The translations under genes and the position numbers were made by a program. The notes under the pieces were generated by a model. The model saw nothing but the letters and a program-made list of their open reading frames with translations, was not told the origin of the DNA and did not search any database. Source: an uncultured Acidobacteriota bacterium (GTDB lineage: Bacteria > Acidobacteriota > UBA6911). Taken from it: DNA of 64,000 bases. The DNA lies in contig CAWHCF010000023.1 in the NCBI GenBank assembly GCA_963827655.1, positions 448,001 to 512,000 of the forward strand, in the 5' to 3' direction. Below are positions 1 to 10,549 of the stretch, in pieces (positions within the stretch are counted from its first letter, which is position 1; every line of letters starts with the position of its first letter).

Positions 1-15
1 ACGAACGGAGGTGTG

Positions 16-1221
16 ATGTCATTCAAGAGTGGCCGCCATTTCCTCCAGATCCCGGGACCGACCAATGTGCCCGAGCGCGTGTTGCGCGCGTTGAGCCGAC
101 CGACCATCGATCATCGGGGACCCGAGTTCGCCCGCTTGACGCTGGAGATTCAGGATGGGCTGAAGCCGGTTTTCAAGACTTCCGCCCCGATTGTCATTTA
201 CCCGGCTTCCGGAACCGGAGCGTGGGAGGCGGCGCTCGTCAACACGCTGTCGCCCGGCGACAAGGTGTTGTCGTTCGAAACCGGATATTTCGCCACGCTC
301 TGGCGAGACCTGGCGGTCCGGCTGGGTGTCGAGGTCGAATTTGTTCCAGGAGACTGGAGGCGTGGGGTCGATCCCGCACGGGTCGAGGCCAGGCTGGCAG
401 AGGATCACCGGCATGAGATAAAGGCCGTCATGGTGGTGCACAACGAGACCTCGACCGGCGTCACCAGCCGGGTTGCCGATCTGCGCCATGCGATCGACCG
501 AGCCGGCCACCCCACGTTGCTATTGGTCGACACTATCTCCTCGCTGGCGTCGATCGACTACCGGCACGACGAGTGGGGCGTCGACGTGACTATTGCAGGC
601 TCGCAAAAAGGGCTGATGCTCCCCCCGGGCCTGGGCTTCAACGCCATCAGCCAGAAAGCCCTGGTTCAATCCAAATCTGCTCGGCTGCCGAAAGCCTACT
701 GGGATTGGGAGCCGATGCTGGCGGCCAACAAAGCCGGGTTCTTTCCATATACTCCGGCGACCAATCTGATTTTCGGCTTGCGCGAGTCGTTGCAGATGCT
801 GCGGGAAGAAGGACTGGAGAATGTGTTTTCCCGCCATGCCCGGCTCGGCGAGGCAGCGCGCCGCGCGGTGCGCGCGTGGGGCCTGGAAATACTGTGCGCG
901 AATCCCGACGAGTACAGCAACTCGCTGACGGCCGTTTTGATGCCTTCCGGGCACGATGCCGACGAGCTGCGCGAGCTGATTCTCGATCGATTCAATCTGT
1001 CGCTCGGCAATGGCCTGGGCAAACTGAAAGGGAAAGTGTTCCGCATCGGACATCTCGGCGACTTTAATGATCTGATGCTGGCGGGGACGCTTTCGGGTAT
1101 CGAGCTGGGGCTGGCTCTCGCCGAAGTCCCGTTCAGGAAGGGAGGAGTCGCCGCCGCCCTCGACCTTCTGGTCGGAAGTATTTCCATGACGCGCGTCTCA
1201 GATACCGCGGCGCGGCGTTGA
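16..1221 (+). CDS. sgaA: Serine-glyoxylate / alanine-glyoxylate aminotransferase (class V PLP enzyme)
   Basis: GRHFLQIPGPTN, VHNETSTG, DTISS and GSQKGLMLPPG (PLP lysine), FRIGHLG; SD GGAGG upstream. Confidence 0.88.
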   Translation: MSFKSGRHFLQIPGPTNVPERVLRALSRPTIDHRGPEFARLTLEIQDGLKPVFKTSAPIVIYPASGTGAWEAALVNTLSPGDKVLSFETGYFATLWRDLAVRLGVEVEFVPGDWRRGVDPARVEARLAEDHRHEIKAVMVVHNETSTGVTSRVADLRHAIDRAGHPTLLLVDTISSLASIDYRHDEWGVDVTIAGSQKGLMLPPGLGFNAISQKALVQSKSARLPKAYWDWEPMLAANKAGFFPYTPATNLIFGLRESLQMLREEGLENVFSRHARLGEAARRAVRAWGLEILCANPDEYSNSLTAVLMPSGHDADELRELILDRFNLSLGNGLGKLKGKVFRIGHLGDFNDLMLAGTLSGIELGLALAEVPFRKGGVAAALDLLVGSISMTRVSDTAARR

Positions 1222-1238
1222 CTTGGAAGGAGGACAAC

Positions 1239-1544
1239 TTGCCGGAAGAAGACGAACCGAAGAGCGCGTTCGAGATCGCCATGGAGAAACTCAAGGCGAG
1301 CGGCGATTCTTATGCCGCATCACTCACTGACGAGCAAAAGGTCGAGATCGCCGAAATACGAAACCGCTTCCGCGCGAAAGTCGCCGAGATCGAGATCAGG
1401 CACCAGGACGAGATGAAGAAGGCAGTAGCCCAGCGTTCTTTTGAGGAAATCGAGAAACTCAACCAGAAGTTGGCTGCTGAAAAGGCTCGTCTCCATCAGG
1501 AAGAAGAAAGCCTCCTTCAGAAGGCGCGCGCAGCCAGAAAATAG
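1239..1544 (+). CDS. Small coiled-coil hypothetical protein
   Basis: AGGAGG SD before TTG at 1239; charged helical protein (KSAFEIAMEKL). Confidence 0.7.
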   Translation: MPEEDEPKSAFEIAMEKLKASGDSYAASLTDEQKVEIAEIRNRFRAKVAEIEIRHQDEMKKAVAQRSFEEIEKLNQKLAAEKARLHQEEESLLQKARAARK

Positions 1545-1549
1545 ACAAT

Positions 1550-1626
1550 GTTTCTTCGCGTCTTCGCGGTTAGCGCTACAGAACAAATACCACTAAGACG
1601 CCAAGACACGAAAAAACACGAAGAAC
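1550..1626. repeat. Period-9 (AAGACACGA-type) inverted repeat element, complete two-arm copy
   Basis: tttcttcgcgtcttcgcggttagcgctacagaacaaataccactaagacgccaagacacgaa between convergent genes. Confidence 0.8.
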
Positions 1627-1884
1627 TCAGATCGCCAGTTCTCGTTTTTCCTTGAGTCGCTCCCAGGCTTCAAAATCAGCCGGCCGCACCCAGTCCCAAC
1701 CGATGCGCGCCCAATCCGGATCCTGGGGGTCGAGCCCCAACTCTCGAATCGCCCCGTCCACCGTTACGAAAAATTGGCTCGCGTAGGGCAGAAGATACCC
1801 GCCTTCGGAGTCCAGCGAAGCCCGCGCCTCCTCGTAGGTCCTGAACCAGCGATTCAGGAATACATCCATCCGGGATACGTACAT
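1627..1884 (-). CDS. Hypothetical protein (85 aa)
   Basis: Compact aromatic-rich ORF (FLNRWF...YLLPY...IGWDWVRP) with protein-like composition. Confidence 0.7.
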   Translation of the reverse strand: MYVSRMDVFLNRWFRTYEEARASLDSEGGYLLPYASQFFVTVDGAIRELGLDPQDPDWARIGWDWVRPADFEAWERLKEKRELAI

Positions 1885-1967
1885 GATCGGCCCTTGGTCA
1901 TGCTGAGCTCGTCATTTTTGTTTGGCGAAGCCAGGCTTCGCCTCGGCCCCTCAGGGCAGCGCGGGGG

Positions 1968-3508
1968 CTACTTCGGTTTTGACATACGCTTCTTCAGCAC
2001 CACGAGCACCGAGCGGGTATTTTCGAGGTGGTCCTTCTGCTTTCCGATCTCCAGGTACTTGGTAAGCAACTCCGTGGCGCGTTTGTCGTTCTTCTTGTCG
2101 TAGTAGTGGATCATGCCGAGCTGGTAGTAAGCCTCGGCGTTCTGCGGGTTGAGCTTAAGCACCTTCTCGAAGGCGACCTGCGCCACCTGGGAGTTCCCCT
2201 GGTTCGAGAGCTTCTCCCCCAGGGCGAAGAGCGCCTGTTCGGGGGATTGCGACCCGGTGCCTTTCGGATCCGCAGTACAGCTCGAGTGCTTCCTCGTACC
2301 GTTTTTCGTCCAGGTAATACTGAGCCAGCGCCTTCCGGTAGTCGGCGTTCTCAGGCGCCAACTCCATGGCCCGCTTGAAGGCCTGGATGGCCTTGTCGGG
2401 CTGCTTGAGCTTGGCCTGGGTTCGCGCCAATCTGGAACCAGATGGCGGGCTGATTCTTCTCGGGAATCGTCGGCAGGATTTCCTCGTACTGCTTCAGCGC
2501 GCCCGCGAAGTCCCCCGATTCGAACATTTTGTTGCCTTGCTCCAGGACGCCCTGGGCTTTCATCAGACCCTCGTTCTGTTTGTAGTCGGCGATCTGCTTC
2601 TTTAGATCCTGATAAATCTTCTCCTGCGGCTTGAGCTTGAGGGCCTGATCGGCGGCTTCGATGGCTTCGTCGTACTTTTTGGTGTTGGCCAGAGCGATCG
2701 CCATGTTGTGGTAAAGATCCGCGTCCTTGTCCGACTGAAGCGCCTCTTTGTATTTTACGATGGCATCCTCGAAGCGCTTCTCGGCCAGGGCCTTGTCCCC
2801 CTCGCCGCGAACCTTCAGGTGCGGAATCTTCGCCGCCAGGGCTTCGACCTGCTGGCGGATCTCCTGGTAAGGATTTGGCCCCGTGGCGCCGCCTGTCTGC
2901 GGTATTTCGGCCAGGGCGCCGGCTAGCTCAGCCGTCCGCTTGAGAGCCTGCTCGCCCTCCTGCCACTTCTGCTGCTGAAGATAGGCGATGGCGAGATTGC
3001 GGGTAGTGTCCGGGTTTGACGGATTGATCTCGAGCGAGTCGCGGAGCTGTTTCTCGGCTTCGGCGAATTTGCCGGCCTGAAGCGACGTTGTGCCCTGGGT
3101 CAGCAGGTCGATGGATTTCTGGTGCAGCGCTTCGGATTCAAAATAAAGCTGCTTCTTGACATCACCCGGCTTGAACTGGACCGTGGCCGACTGCTGGGCG
3201 GAGCCTTTGAGAGGAATGAATTCGTGGAGTGCGGGTTCGAAGCCCTCTTTGCGCGCCACCACCCGGTAGACGCCATCCTCGAGCTTGTTGAAGTTGGCTT
3301 TTCCCTTGCCGTCGGACTTTTTTTCGCGCGCCTTTCCGGTGTTAAGGTGTTGCACAAAGACTTGAGCGCCGGCCACGGGACTTCCACCCTGGTCGACGCA
3401 CTGGACGTCGACGGTCGAATCCGCCCAAAGGGGGAAGGCGGCGAGTAAGACCCACAGGGTGACAGCCCCAAGTCTGAAACGGGGGTTGGAATAGTAGTAA
3501 TGATTCAT
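1968..3508 (-). CDS. Secreted TPR-repeat protein with N-terminal carboxypeptidase-regulatory-like domain; two frameshifts (~2425, ~2273)
   Basis: Signal peptide, VDQGGSPVAGAQV...SDGKG...GVYRVVARKEGF, then TPR repeats continuing across ORFs 2351-3517, 2155-2430 and 1968-2186. Confidence 0.8.
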
Positions 3509-3589
3509 TTCGAACACTCCCTGTTTGCTGGTTTCAAGATTAGGAGGTTACTACGAGCGGAAGGGTTTGGTGGAGAAAAATCTCAACAA

Positions 3590-3620
3590 ATACCACCAAG
3601 ACGCGAAGAACCACCAGGAA
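3590..3620. repeat. Period-9 repeat, single arm
   Basis: ataccaccaagacgcgaagaaccaccagga just after the tam stop. Confidence 0.6.
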
Positions 3621-4440
3621 TCAGACCATCGCGACAATGAACAGACGGCGAAACGGGTAGAGTGTGCGTCCGTCACCCCTGACGGGGTAGGCGGCGCGCA
3701 GGCGCCGGGCGTATTCCACAAGAAAGAGCTCTCGCTCATGGTCGTCGAGCCCGTTGAGGATCGGGCGAAGCCCCGTCCCCTTCACCCATTCGAGTACCGG
3801 GTCCTTGCCTTCCAGGACCTGCAAGTACTCGGTTTCCCAGATATCGAGGCTCCTGGTACAACCTGCCAGCAGCTCGTAATACACCTTCGGATCCTCCACC
3901 CATTTTCGGGCCACCGCCTCGCGGAGTTCTGCGGTGCCCAGCGCGTTGCCGCCGGGACCGCCATCGGCTAAGGTCTCCCCCATGAGACGGTGTGAAGGCC
4001 CTTCCCAGCTAAGCGGCATTTGCACCGCCAGACAACCCCCGGCGCGCAAGAACGCGACCAGTCGTGGAAAGAGTGTGGAGTGCCCTTCTACCCAATGAAG
4101 CACAGCGTTTGAGTAGAGAAGATCGGGAGGTTCATCGGGCTGCCAGTGACGGATGTCGGCCTCGATCCAGCGGATCCTGCCGGGCTCCGCCTCGGCTTGC
4201 GCGAGCATCTCCCGCGAATTGTCGAGCCCGTAGACCGTCGCGGAAGGCCAGCGCTCGGCAATGAGACGTGTCACATGCCCCGAGCCACACCCAATGTCGT
4301 AGATCACGGCGGGATCCGCGAGCGGGACCCGGCCGAGGAGCTCGAGGGCCGGGCGCAACCGCTGGTCCGAGAACTTGAGATACTGGTTCGGATCCCAGCG
4401 TGTACCTGCAATCCGCCCGTGGTGAACTGTGCCCTGACAT
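3621..4440 (-). CDS. tam: Trans-aconitate 2-methyltransferase (probable 1-nt indel right after the start codon)
   Basis: WDPNQYLKFSDQRLRPALELL, DIGCGSG, SNAVLHW, WVKGTGLRP, FRRLFIVA; GGAGG+ATG at 4440 is out of frame by one base in a G run. Confidence 0.88.
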
Positions 4441-4615
4441 CGTACATCCTCCGCCGTCGCTGTCTGCGCTTTCACGGCAGTAGGCGAGCACGAATCTATC
4501 ATCAGGACTCATGAGACGCCAATGCCGCCGGCGAGGACTTTGTGAATATATCGACCGCTCAAAGTACTCGACATATTCGTCGAGACATGGAAGCATGGCT
4601 CCGGAGAAAACCGAG

Positions 4616-5498
4616 ATGCAAACTTTGACAAAGGCTCGACTGCTGGTTGTAGTTTCGGCTGCTTTTTCCGCGCTCTGCTTCGCGCTGCCTGAGCAGAACA
4701 CCCGGAAGATGCCGCATATTGTCTTCGTCATCGGAGACCATGAATATAGCTCGGAGAGCACTCTACCGGCTCTGGCCGAGGAACTGAAAAAACGATATGG
4801 ATTCCAGACCACAGTTCTGAAATCCTTTCCGGATCAAGAACGCGGAGCGCGATATTCCCGGCCTGGAGGCGCTCGCCCGAGCTGATCTGGCTGTCTTCTA
4901 CCTGCGCTGGCGCCAGCTCCCCAGAGAGCAAGTCGCGCACATTCGAGCTTACGTGGATTCCGGCAAGCCGGTGATCGGTTTCCGCACGACCACGCACGCC
5001 TTCAACTATCCCAAGGGGCACGAACTCGAGAAGTGGAATGCCTTCGGGGCCGAGGTCCTGGGCTCGCCTCCCGGATGGGGGAGTGGGCATACGCATTATG
5101 GACACAAGTCAAGCACCGACGTCACGATCCTTCCCGAAGCCGCATCGCACCCGATACTCAAGGGAGTTGACAAAGAGTTCCACGTGCGTTCGTGGCTGTA
5201 TCATGTAGTGCCCAGTTATCCCCCCGCCAGCGCCACCCGGCTGCTAATGGGCAGGTCCGTTAATCCGGAGAAAAAGGATGCCGTGGAGAATCCCGTCGCG
5301 TGGACCTATAAAACTGCGGCCGGCGGCCGCGTCTTCACCACAACGCTGGGCCATCCGGAAGATTTTCGGGTCGAGGCCTTCCAGCGCCTGGTTGTCAATG
5401 CCGTGCACTGGACTTCAGGGCTGCCGGTTCCAGACACCTGGGCGGGCAAGATGAACATCGACGTTCCCTATCGCGGGATGCGCGGCGCGGGGAAATGA
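4616..5498 (+). CDS. Secreted ThuA-like (GATase1-like) domain protein; frameshift ~4835
   Basis: Signal peptide, IVFVIGDHEY, IPGLEAL..ADLAVFYLRWR (second frame), GFRTTTHAF, RVFTTTLGHPEDF. Confidence 0.8.
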
Positions 5499-5537
5499 AA
5501 GAGTTTTTCTGCGTCCTTGGCACGCAGAGACCGGAAG

Positions 5538-6719
5538 CTACGAAACGCCAACAACTCCGCTTCGAACGAATTCTTCAACCTCCGTCCCCTGGTAGCCGTG
5601 CGAGGAGAGGACCTGGCGCGTGTGTTCACCGAGGCGCGGCGCCGGAGCGCGAATCTCTGGCGGCGTGGCGGAAAGCTTGAAGGGGAGGTTGACCTGGAAG
5701 GCTTTGCCCCGCGAAGAGTGCTCGGCTTCGACGATCATCTCCCGGTGGCGGGCTTGTGGTGTGCGAAAAGCCTCTTCCAGGCTCAGAACCGGCTCGACGC
5801 AAGCGTCGGTCTGGCGAAATCGATCGATCCATTCCGATTGTGTGCGGGTCTTCAGGATATCCCGGATCGCGCCCGTCATCGTGTCTTGAGCCTCGCCCTG
5901 TTCGAACTGCCTGGGGATGAAGTCCTCCCGGCCGATCACCCGGCAGAAACGTTCCCAAAACTTGGACTCCAACGCCCCGATGCTCAAGTGGCGGCCATCG
6001 GCGGTTCCATAAATGTTGTAGCAGGCCAGACCGCCGGACAGCGGCAATCGGGCTCCCAGCGGCACTGGATCACCGGCGAATAGCCGCGAAGCGGCCACCG
6101 GCAGGAGCGCCATCCCGACATCCATCATTGATACGTCGACTGATTGTCCCTTTCCGGTCCGGTCGCGGGCCGCCAGCGCCGCAAGAATTCCGATCACCGC
6201 AAACAAAGCGCCCCCGAGATCCGCAACCTGAATCCCCGAAAGAACGGGGGTCCCTGCCGAGTCCGTCTGCAATCCCAGGACGCCCGCCAGCGCGAGATAG
6301 TTCACGTCATGGCCACCGCGGTCGCGCAGCGGACCGTCCTGACCGTACCCGCTGATTGAGCAAAAAATCACTCCTGGTTGGATCAATCGCAGCGCCTGGT
6401 AACCTATTCCCAGCCGATCCATGACGCCAGGACGAAATCCCTCGATAACGACATCGGCGTTTTCCAGAAGCCGGCGGAAGATCGATACCCCCTTTTCGGA
6501 TTTCAAGTTCAGCGCCAGGCTCTGTTTCCCTCGATTGATGGTGTCAAAGGTAGAGCTCTGATTTGTGCGGTGGCGCGGGCTCCAGCGTGTCGGGTCGCCT
6601 GATTGAGGATCCTCGATTTTCAGCACCCGAGCCCCCAGGTCGGCCAGAATCATGGTGGCGTAGGGTCCGGGCAACATCCGGGTCAGATCTAATACCCGAA
6701 CTCCGTCCAGGGCTTTCAT
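5538..6719 (-). CDS. CaiB/BaiF family III CoA-transferase (alpha-methylacyl-CoA racemase-like)
   Basis: RVLDLTRMLPGP, EGFRPGV, SGYGQDGP...GHDVNY, APRLGEHT. Confidence 0.92.
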   Translation of the reverse strand: MKALDGVRVLDLTRMLPGPYATMILADLGARVLKIEDPQSGDPTRWSPRHRTNQSSTFDTINRGKQSLALNLKSEKGVSIFRRLLENADVVIEGFRPGVMDRLGIGYQALRLIQPGVIFCSISGYGQDGPLRDRGGHDVNYLALAGVLGLQTDSAGTPVLSGIQVADLGGALFAVIGILAALAARDRTGKGQSVDVSMMDVGMALLPVAASRLFAGDPVPLGARLPLSGGLACYNIYGTADGRHLSIGALESKFWERFCRVIGREDFIPRQFEQGEAQDTMTGAIRDILKTRTQSEWIDRFRQTDACVEPVLSLEEAFRTPQARHREMIVEAEHSSRGKAFQVNLPFKLSATPPEIRAPAPRLGEHTRQVLSSHGYQGTEVEEFVRSGVVGVS

Positions 6720-6723
6720 AGTG

Positions 6724-6815
6724 GCTTGGCGCTTTCGCGTTGGATTTGTTTCCGGCCGTCACCGCGAAGCCACCAGGAACCCAGGGAGCTTGCGGCAATC
6801 CCCAATCCGCAATCG
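6724..6815. repeat. Degenerate period-9 two-arm element followed by period-7 CAATCC(C/G) tandem
   Basis: cttggcgctttcgcgttgg...caccgcgaagccaccagg, then caatccccaatccgcaatc at 6796-6815. Confidence 0.55.
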
Positions 6816-6819
6816 AGCG

Positions 6820-7740
6820 CTACTGGCTTGATTCGCCCTTTACCAGGTTGTGTCTGCCCAGGAACTCGCGAATCGTGGCGAAAATCTTCAGGGTTTCGGG
6901 ACGAGAGAATCCGCCGTGTTTTCCACCCGGAATAGTCACAAGTTGATTGGGCACGCCGGCCTTTTCCAAAGCCGCGTGAAGCCGAACGGCGTGCGTGTAG
7001 GGGACCGTGGGATCCGCATCGCCATGGATCGTCAGAATGGGAGGTAAGCCAGAACGCACATATGTCAGTGGAGAAACACGGGCGGCTATTTCGTTGCGGT
7101 TGAGCATGCTTCCCAGCCACGTCACGGCATAGCTCTGCCTGTTGGCGCCCTCGAACAGATCGCCGACATCCGTGATACCGTACCAGTTGACGATGGCCGC
7201 CACCTTGAGATCTTCGTTTCCCGGGCACTGGCGGTCCAGTCCTGCCGAGGCCGGAATCATTCCCGTGGTGAGCGAGAGATGGCCCCCGGCGGAGTGGCCG
7301 GTCACGACCAGCTTGCTGGTATCGAAGTTATACTCTTTGGCGTTACGGATGACCCAGCGCAGGGCGCAGAGACAATCTTCAACCGCGGCCGGCGCCTGTG
7401 AGACTCGAGCCAGCCGATACTCGACATTGACGGCGGCCCAGCCCATTTCGAGATAGGGCAAGAGATTGAGCACAGACCCTTCCTTGCTGCCGCCTACCCA
7501 GCCGCCTCCGTGAATGTAGATCAAAGTCGGGCTGGGCTGCGCCGGGTTGCGCGGCGCATAAACATCGAGCTTGGCTTCCCAGTTGTTTGCGGTCAGATAG
7601 GTAATCCCCGGTACCAGGCGGTACTGGTTCGAAGCGTTGGCAGTCCAGGCCGCAGTCTCTGAAAGCTGAGCCCGGGCCAGTTCCGGCAGCAAGGTCAGAA
7701 TCAGGGCTGCCTGCAAGAAGGTGGACGCATTCTTAACCAT
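6820..7740 (-). CDS. Secreted alpha/beta hydrolase (esterase, HSL/BD-FAE-like)
   Basis: IHGGGW, GHSAGG nucleophile, HGDAD, GKHG; SD GGAGG. Confidence 0.92.
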   Translation of the reverse strand: MVKNASTFLQAALILTLLPELARAQLSETAAWTANASNQYRLVPGITYLTANNWEAKLDVYAPRNPAQPSPTLIYIHGGGWVGGSKEGSVLNLLPYLEMGWAAVNVEYRLARVSQAPAAVEDCLCALRWVIRNAKEYNFDTSKLVVTGHSAGGHLSLTTGMIPASAGLDRQCPGNEDLKVAAIVNWYGITDVGDLFEGANRQSYAVTWLGSMLNRNEIAARVSPLTYVRSGLPPILTIHGDADPTVPYTHAVRLHAALEKAGVPNQLVTIPGGKHGGFSRPETLKIFATIREFLGRHNLVKGESSQ

Positions 7741-7818
7741 GGCTCCTCCGAATTCACGCGCGGCCGGAAAGGCCGCAACCAGATTATGCGAGGTCGCACT
7801 CCAACACTTGCCGCGTGT

Positions 7819-8715
7819 CTATTCTAGCGGGCAGTCCGCAAGCAGGGGAGTCCCTCGCAAGAACAAGATGCTCAGTGTACGGCCCGGGATTTTACCAGCG
7901 CTGGAACAGCGCTCCCTCTTTTTGAACTTTCCTTTCCCATTTTTTGATGGAGTCGATTCTACTGCGAGGCCGCCACCAATCACAGCCTTAAGTTGTTCGG
8001 CAGCGTGACACTGAGAGGAATGCGATCTCCGTTCGCTCGCTAGCGTGTCCGCGGCCATGTGACGGTATCTATGTCTCATCCGGGTAACGATCCAGGCCAG
8101 GAACGCCATCCCCGCGATGAGCAGCCATGGCAAGAACCCCGACGCAGGCGAGGCGGAGGTAACGTTGAAGCTCACTCGTATGCCGCGCTGGAGGTTATCG
8201 CGATGCTGGCCGGTGATCTCGACCGCGCGGCTCGACGGGACGAGCGCGTTCACGAGATACACGCTTCCGTCGGGTCTATGGTTGTTGGTGTACGTGAGCG
8301 AATGCGGGCCGGGCACGCCGGCCGGCACGCTCGCGCGCGCCTCGATTCGAATCGTGCCGGTCCCGCCGCACATCTCCTCGATCGAGGGAAACTGGCTCCG
8401 GGTCAAGGATAACTGTTGCCGCCGGCCGTCCAATTCGAGAACGATGTCTCGCATGAGCTGGTTTGCGTAGGCCTGACCCTCCGCCGCGGAGATCCGACCG
8501 TCGCGGTCCCGGTTCATCAGGGCGGCGATCAGTGGCCCGACTTCGACACCAGGCGTCAGGTCGATGCCGAGCGCCACGCTGTCTCGAGCTATCGAGATGC
8601 GCGTGGCCTGCAGGTATTCATCGAGACGATGGCCCGCCGCAACGCGTGGAAAAACCAATGCCACGAACGCCGCGATCCAGGTCAAGCAGCTTGCTCCCCG
8701 GCGCGTCTTGCTCAC
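7819..8715 (-). CDS. Secreted/membrane-anchored hypothetical protein coupled to DUF3500 gene
   Basis: Signal peptide then HRLDEYLQATRI, EF-hand-like NRDRDGRIS, C-terminal TM; ATGA overlap with upstream gene; tail after the TM may be spurious. Confidence 0.7.
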   Translation of the reverse strand: MSKTRRGASCLTWIAAFVALVFPRVAAGHRLDEYLQATRISIARDSVALGIDLTPGVEVGPLIAALMNRDRDGRISAAEGQAYANQLMRDIVLELDGRRQQLSLTRSQFPSIEEMCGGTGTIRIEARASVPAGVPGPHSLTYTNNHRPDGSVYLVNALVPSSRAVEITGQHRDNLQRGIRVSFNVTSASPASGFLPWLLIAGMAFLAWIVTRMRHRYRHMAADTLASERRSHSSQCHAAEQLKAVIGGGLAVESTPSKNGKGKFKKRERCSSAGKIPGRTLSILFLRGTPLLADCPLE

Positions 8716-9791
8716 GGTTTGATCAGCCTCGCTCCGTAGTCGTTCGTCGGATCGCGATAGAACGTGTGGATGTGATCCGTGTCCGTACCGCGTCCCTGGG
8801 GCGCGTACTCGATCATCACGGTGGGTCCCTGGATGCGGAAATAGGCGCCGCTTCCGTTTGTCGTCGGGCCGCTCCAGGCAAAATAGGTGTCCTTCAGATT
8901 GGTCTTGATCTCGGCCATCTTGGCCCGAGACGCCTCTTCATGGAGGATTCCGACCCACTCGCTGACCAGATCGAGCAGCATCCCTTGCTGGCCGGCGCTG
9001 AATCCGGCGACCCGTATTCCTTCAGGCTGGATCACCTTGCCGTCCAGACCGGGGCCCAGAACCGTGTCGGCAACTTGATACTCGAGGATCGCCTGCTTCC
9101 GCTGCGGCGCATCCAGCGCATTGATGAGCGCGAAAGCCTTGTCGTTCTCGCCGCCGAGCGGGCGCACCGTCTCCCCGGTGAGCGTGTACTTGGCCGGTTG
9201 CGTGCCCGTGTGGCTCGGCGTCAGTACGTTGTCCTTGCCCACGACCGTGACGTTGATCGCCAGATGGTGGCCGCCGAATTGAATCATCCAGGGCTCGGTA
9301 ACGGATGGTGTGCCGAGAATAGCCAGGTAGTATTCCGCCCGCCCGAAACGAATTCGGCTCCCCGCCGCCCGTTTCGGCGCGCTCGCCGTCTCCAGGACCT
9401 CATCCGCAGTCACGATGTTCATGACCTTGCGGTAGCCGCCTGGGCTCAATGTCGCGGCGACGAGCGCGAGCGCCGCTTCCTGCTGGGAAGGCGTCAGATC
9501 GCCGAACTTGACGCCGCTGCGTTCCGTAGCGCCCGACTGCATGGTGACGCCAGTCGGGAGATTGGACCAGCGTGTCTTGAACTCAGTGGTGAGGCTGACG
9601 CTGGCTTTTGCTCGTTTCGCATCATCGAGTGCAGCCAGAAACGCCTGGGCAGCGGCGACGGCCCTGGCGGTCGGATCCTTCCCCGCCGGGGCGCGCGCTG
9701 CGCCGGCTTGCGGGGCGCCTCGCCCGGCAGAGTCGTTCACCAGCGGTAATACGAGGACGAGAAGCAAGGTCGCGCAAAGTCGTTTGTCCAT
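8712..9791 (-). CDS. DUF3500 domain protein (secreted)
   Basis: WMIQFGGHHLAINVT, FAWSG...YFRIQGPTVMIEY, DHIHTFYRDPTNDYG. Confidence 0.9.
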   Translation of the reverse strand: MDKRLCATLLLVLVLPLVNDSAGRGAPQAGAARAPAGKDPTARAVAAAQAFLAALDDAKRAKASVSLTTEFKTRWSNLPTGVTMQSGATERSGVKFGDLTPSQQEAALALVAATLSPGGYRKVMNIVTADEVLETASAPKRAAGSRIRFGRAEYYLAILGTPSVTEPWMIQFGGHHLAINVTVVGKDNVLTPSHTGTQPAKYTLTGETVRPLGGENDKAFALINALDAPQRKQAILEYQVADTVLGPGLDGKVIQPEGIRVAGFSAGQQGMLLDLVSEWVGILHEEASRAKMAEIKTNLKDTYFAWSGPTTNGSGAYFRIQGPTVMIEYAPQGRGTDTDHIHTFYRDPTNDYGARLIKP

Positions 9792-9890
9792 GAGACCCTC
9801 ACCGTGAATTCAGCGGGCGGCGAATCCTGCAACAGTGCCGCCCTCGAATGTCAGCTTCAAAGGAAGCCCGCCCCTCCGTTATTGTGCTCG

Positions 9891-10292
9891 TCAAGGCTCT
9901 ATTATACGCAGCCCGGCAAAATAGTCCCGGTAATAGCCGCGGTCGCGGGCAAGCAGCCGGTCGCAGGTGACCAGTGCGTGAGCCCCGATCAGGAAATCAG
10001 CGACAACCCGGCGCGAGACCGCGCGACGGCGCCTGAGGTAGACCTGAAACATCGCACCCGCGAGCAAGCTACTTTCGCGGCTGGAGGGCTCGAACACGAT
10101 GTTCCAGTCATCGAGGAATTGCTCGAAGTCGTCGTTCGAGAACGCGGGCCTGATTTCAGCCAGCACGCACTCGCCGACGACGAGAGCGCCCTCGGAGGCG
10201 ACGCGACGCAGCGCGATCTCCGACGCGTCCGCACGTTTCGGATCGCCGACAACAACGTCGAGAATCACGCTTGAGTCAATCGCGGTCCGCAT
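9891..10292 (-). CDS. vapC: VapC PIN-domain toxin
   Basis: IDSSV, VLAE, ADFLIGAHA, LLARDRG PIN motif residues. Confidence 0.92.
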   Translation of the reverse strand: MRTAIDSSVILDVVVGDPKRADASEIALRRVASEGALVVGECVLAEIRPAFSNDDFEQFLDDWNIVFEPSSRESSLLAGAMFQVYLRRRRAVSRRVVADFLIGAHALVTCDRLLARDRGYYRDYFAGLRIIEP

Positions 10293-10509
10293 CACGGATC
10301 TTGTCGAGGTACCGATCGACGTTCACACCGCCGGGCAGGCGTCCTCGGCCGCGCCACTTTCGGAACGCGTCGCCCGCCTCAGTCTTGCGCGCAATCAGCT
10401 TCCCCTCTTCCGCCTCAAATTCGAGGGTGGTACCGGGACGGAGCCCGAGCCGATCGCGCAGACGCTTGGGAATCGTGACCTGTCCTTTCTCAGACACCAC
10501 ACTTTTCAT
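10276..10509 (-). CDS. vapB: AbrB/MazE/SpoVT-family antitoxin (VapB)
   Basis: MKSVVSEKGQVTIPKRLRDRLGLRPG; overlaps vapC start. Confidence 0.92.
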   Translation of the reverse strand: MKSVVSEKGQVTIPKRLRDRLGLRPGTTLEFEAEEGKLIARKTEAGDAFRKWRGRGRLPGGVNVDRYLDKIRDADRD

Positions 10510-10515
10510 ACCATG

Positions 10516-10544
10516 ATGGTAGGAATTCCTACCGAGAGAGTCAA
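10516..10544 (-). promoter_or_regulatory. Sigma70-type leaderless promoter with palindromic operator for vapBC
   Basis: TTGACT-N17-TACCAT-N6-ATG; perfect 16-bp palindrome GGTAGGAATTCCTACC at 10518-10533. Confidence 0.75.
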
Positions 10545-10549
10545 GGAAG

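Noticed and set aside
8463-9749. Long antisense/alternate-frame ORFs (e.g. 8463-9749, 19575-21077, 29691-31277, 48068-49336)
   Set aside because: Shadows of real genes in high-GC DNA, Arg/Pro/Gly-rich and without motifs.
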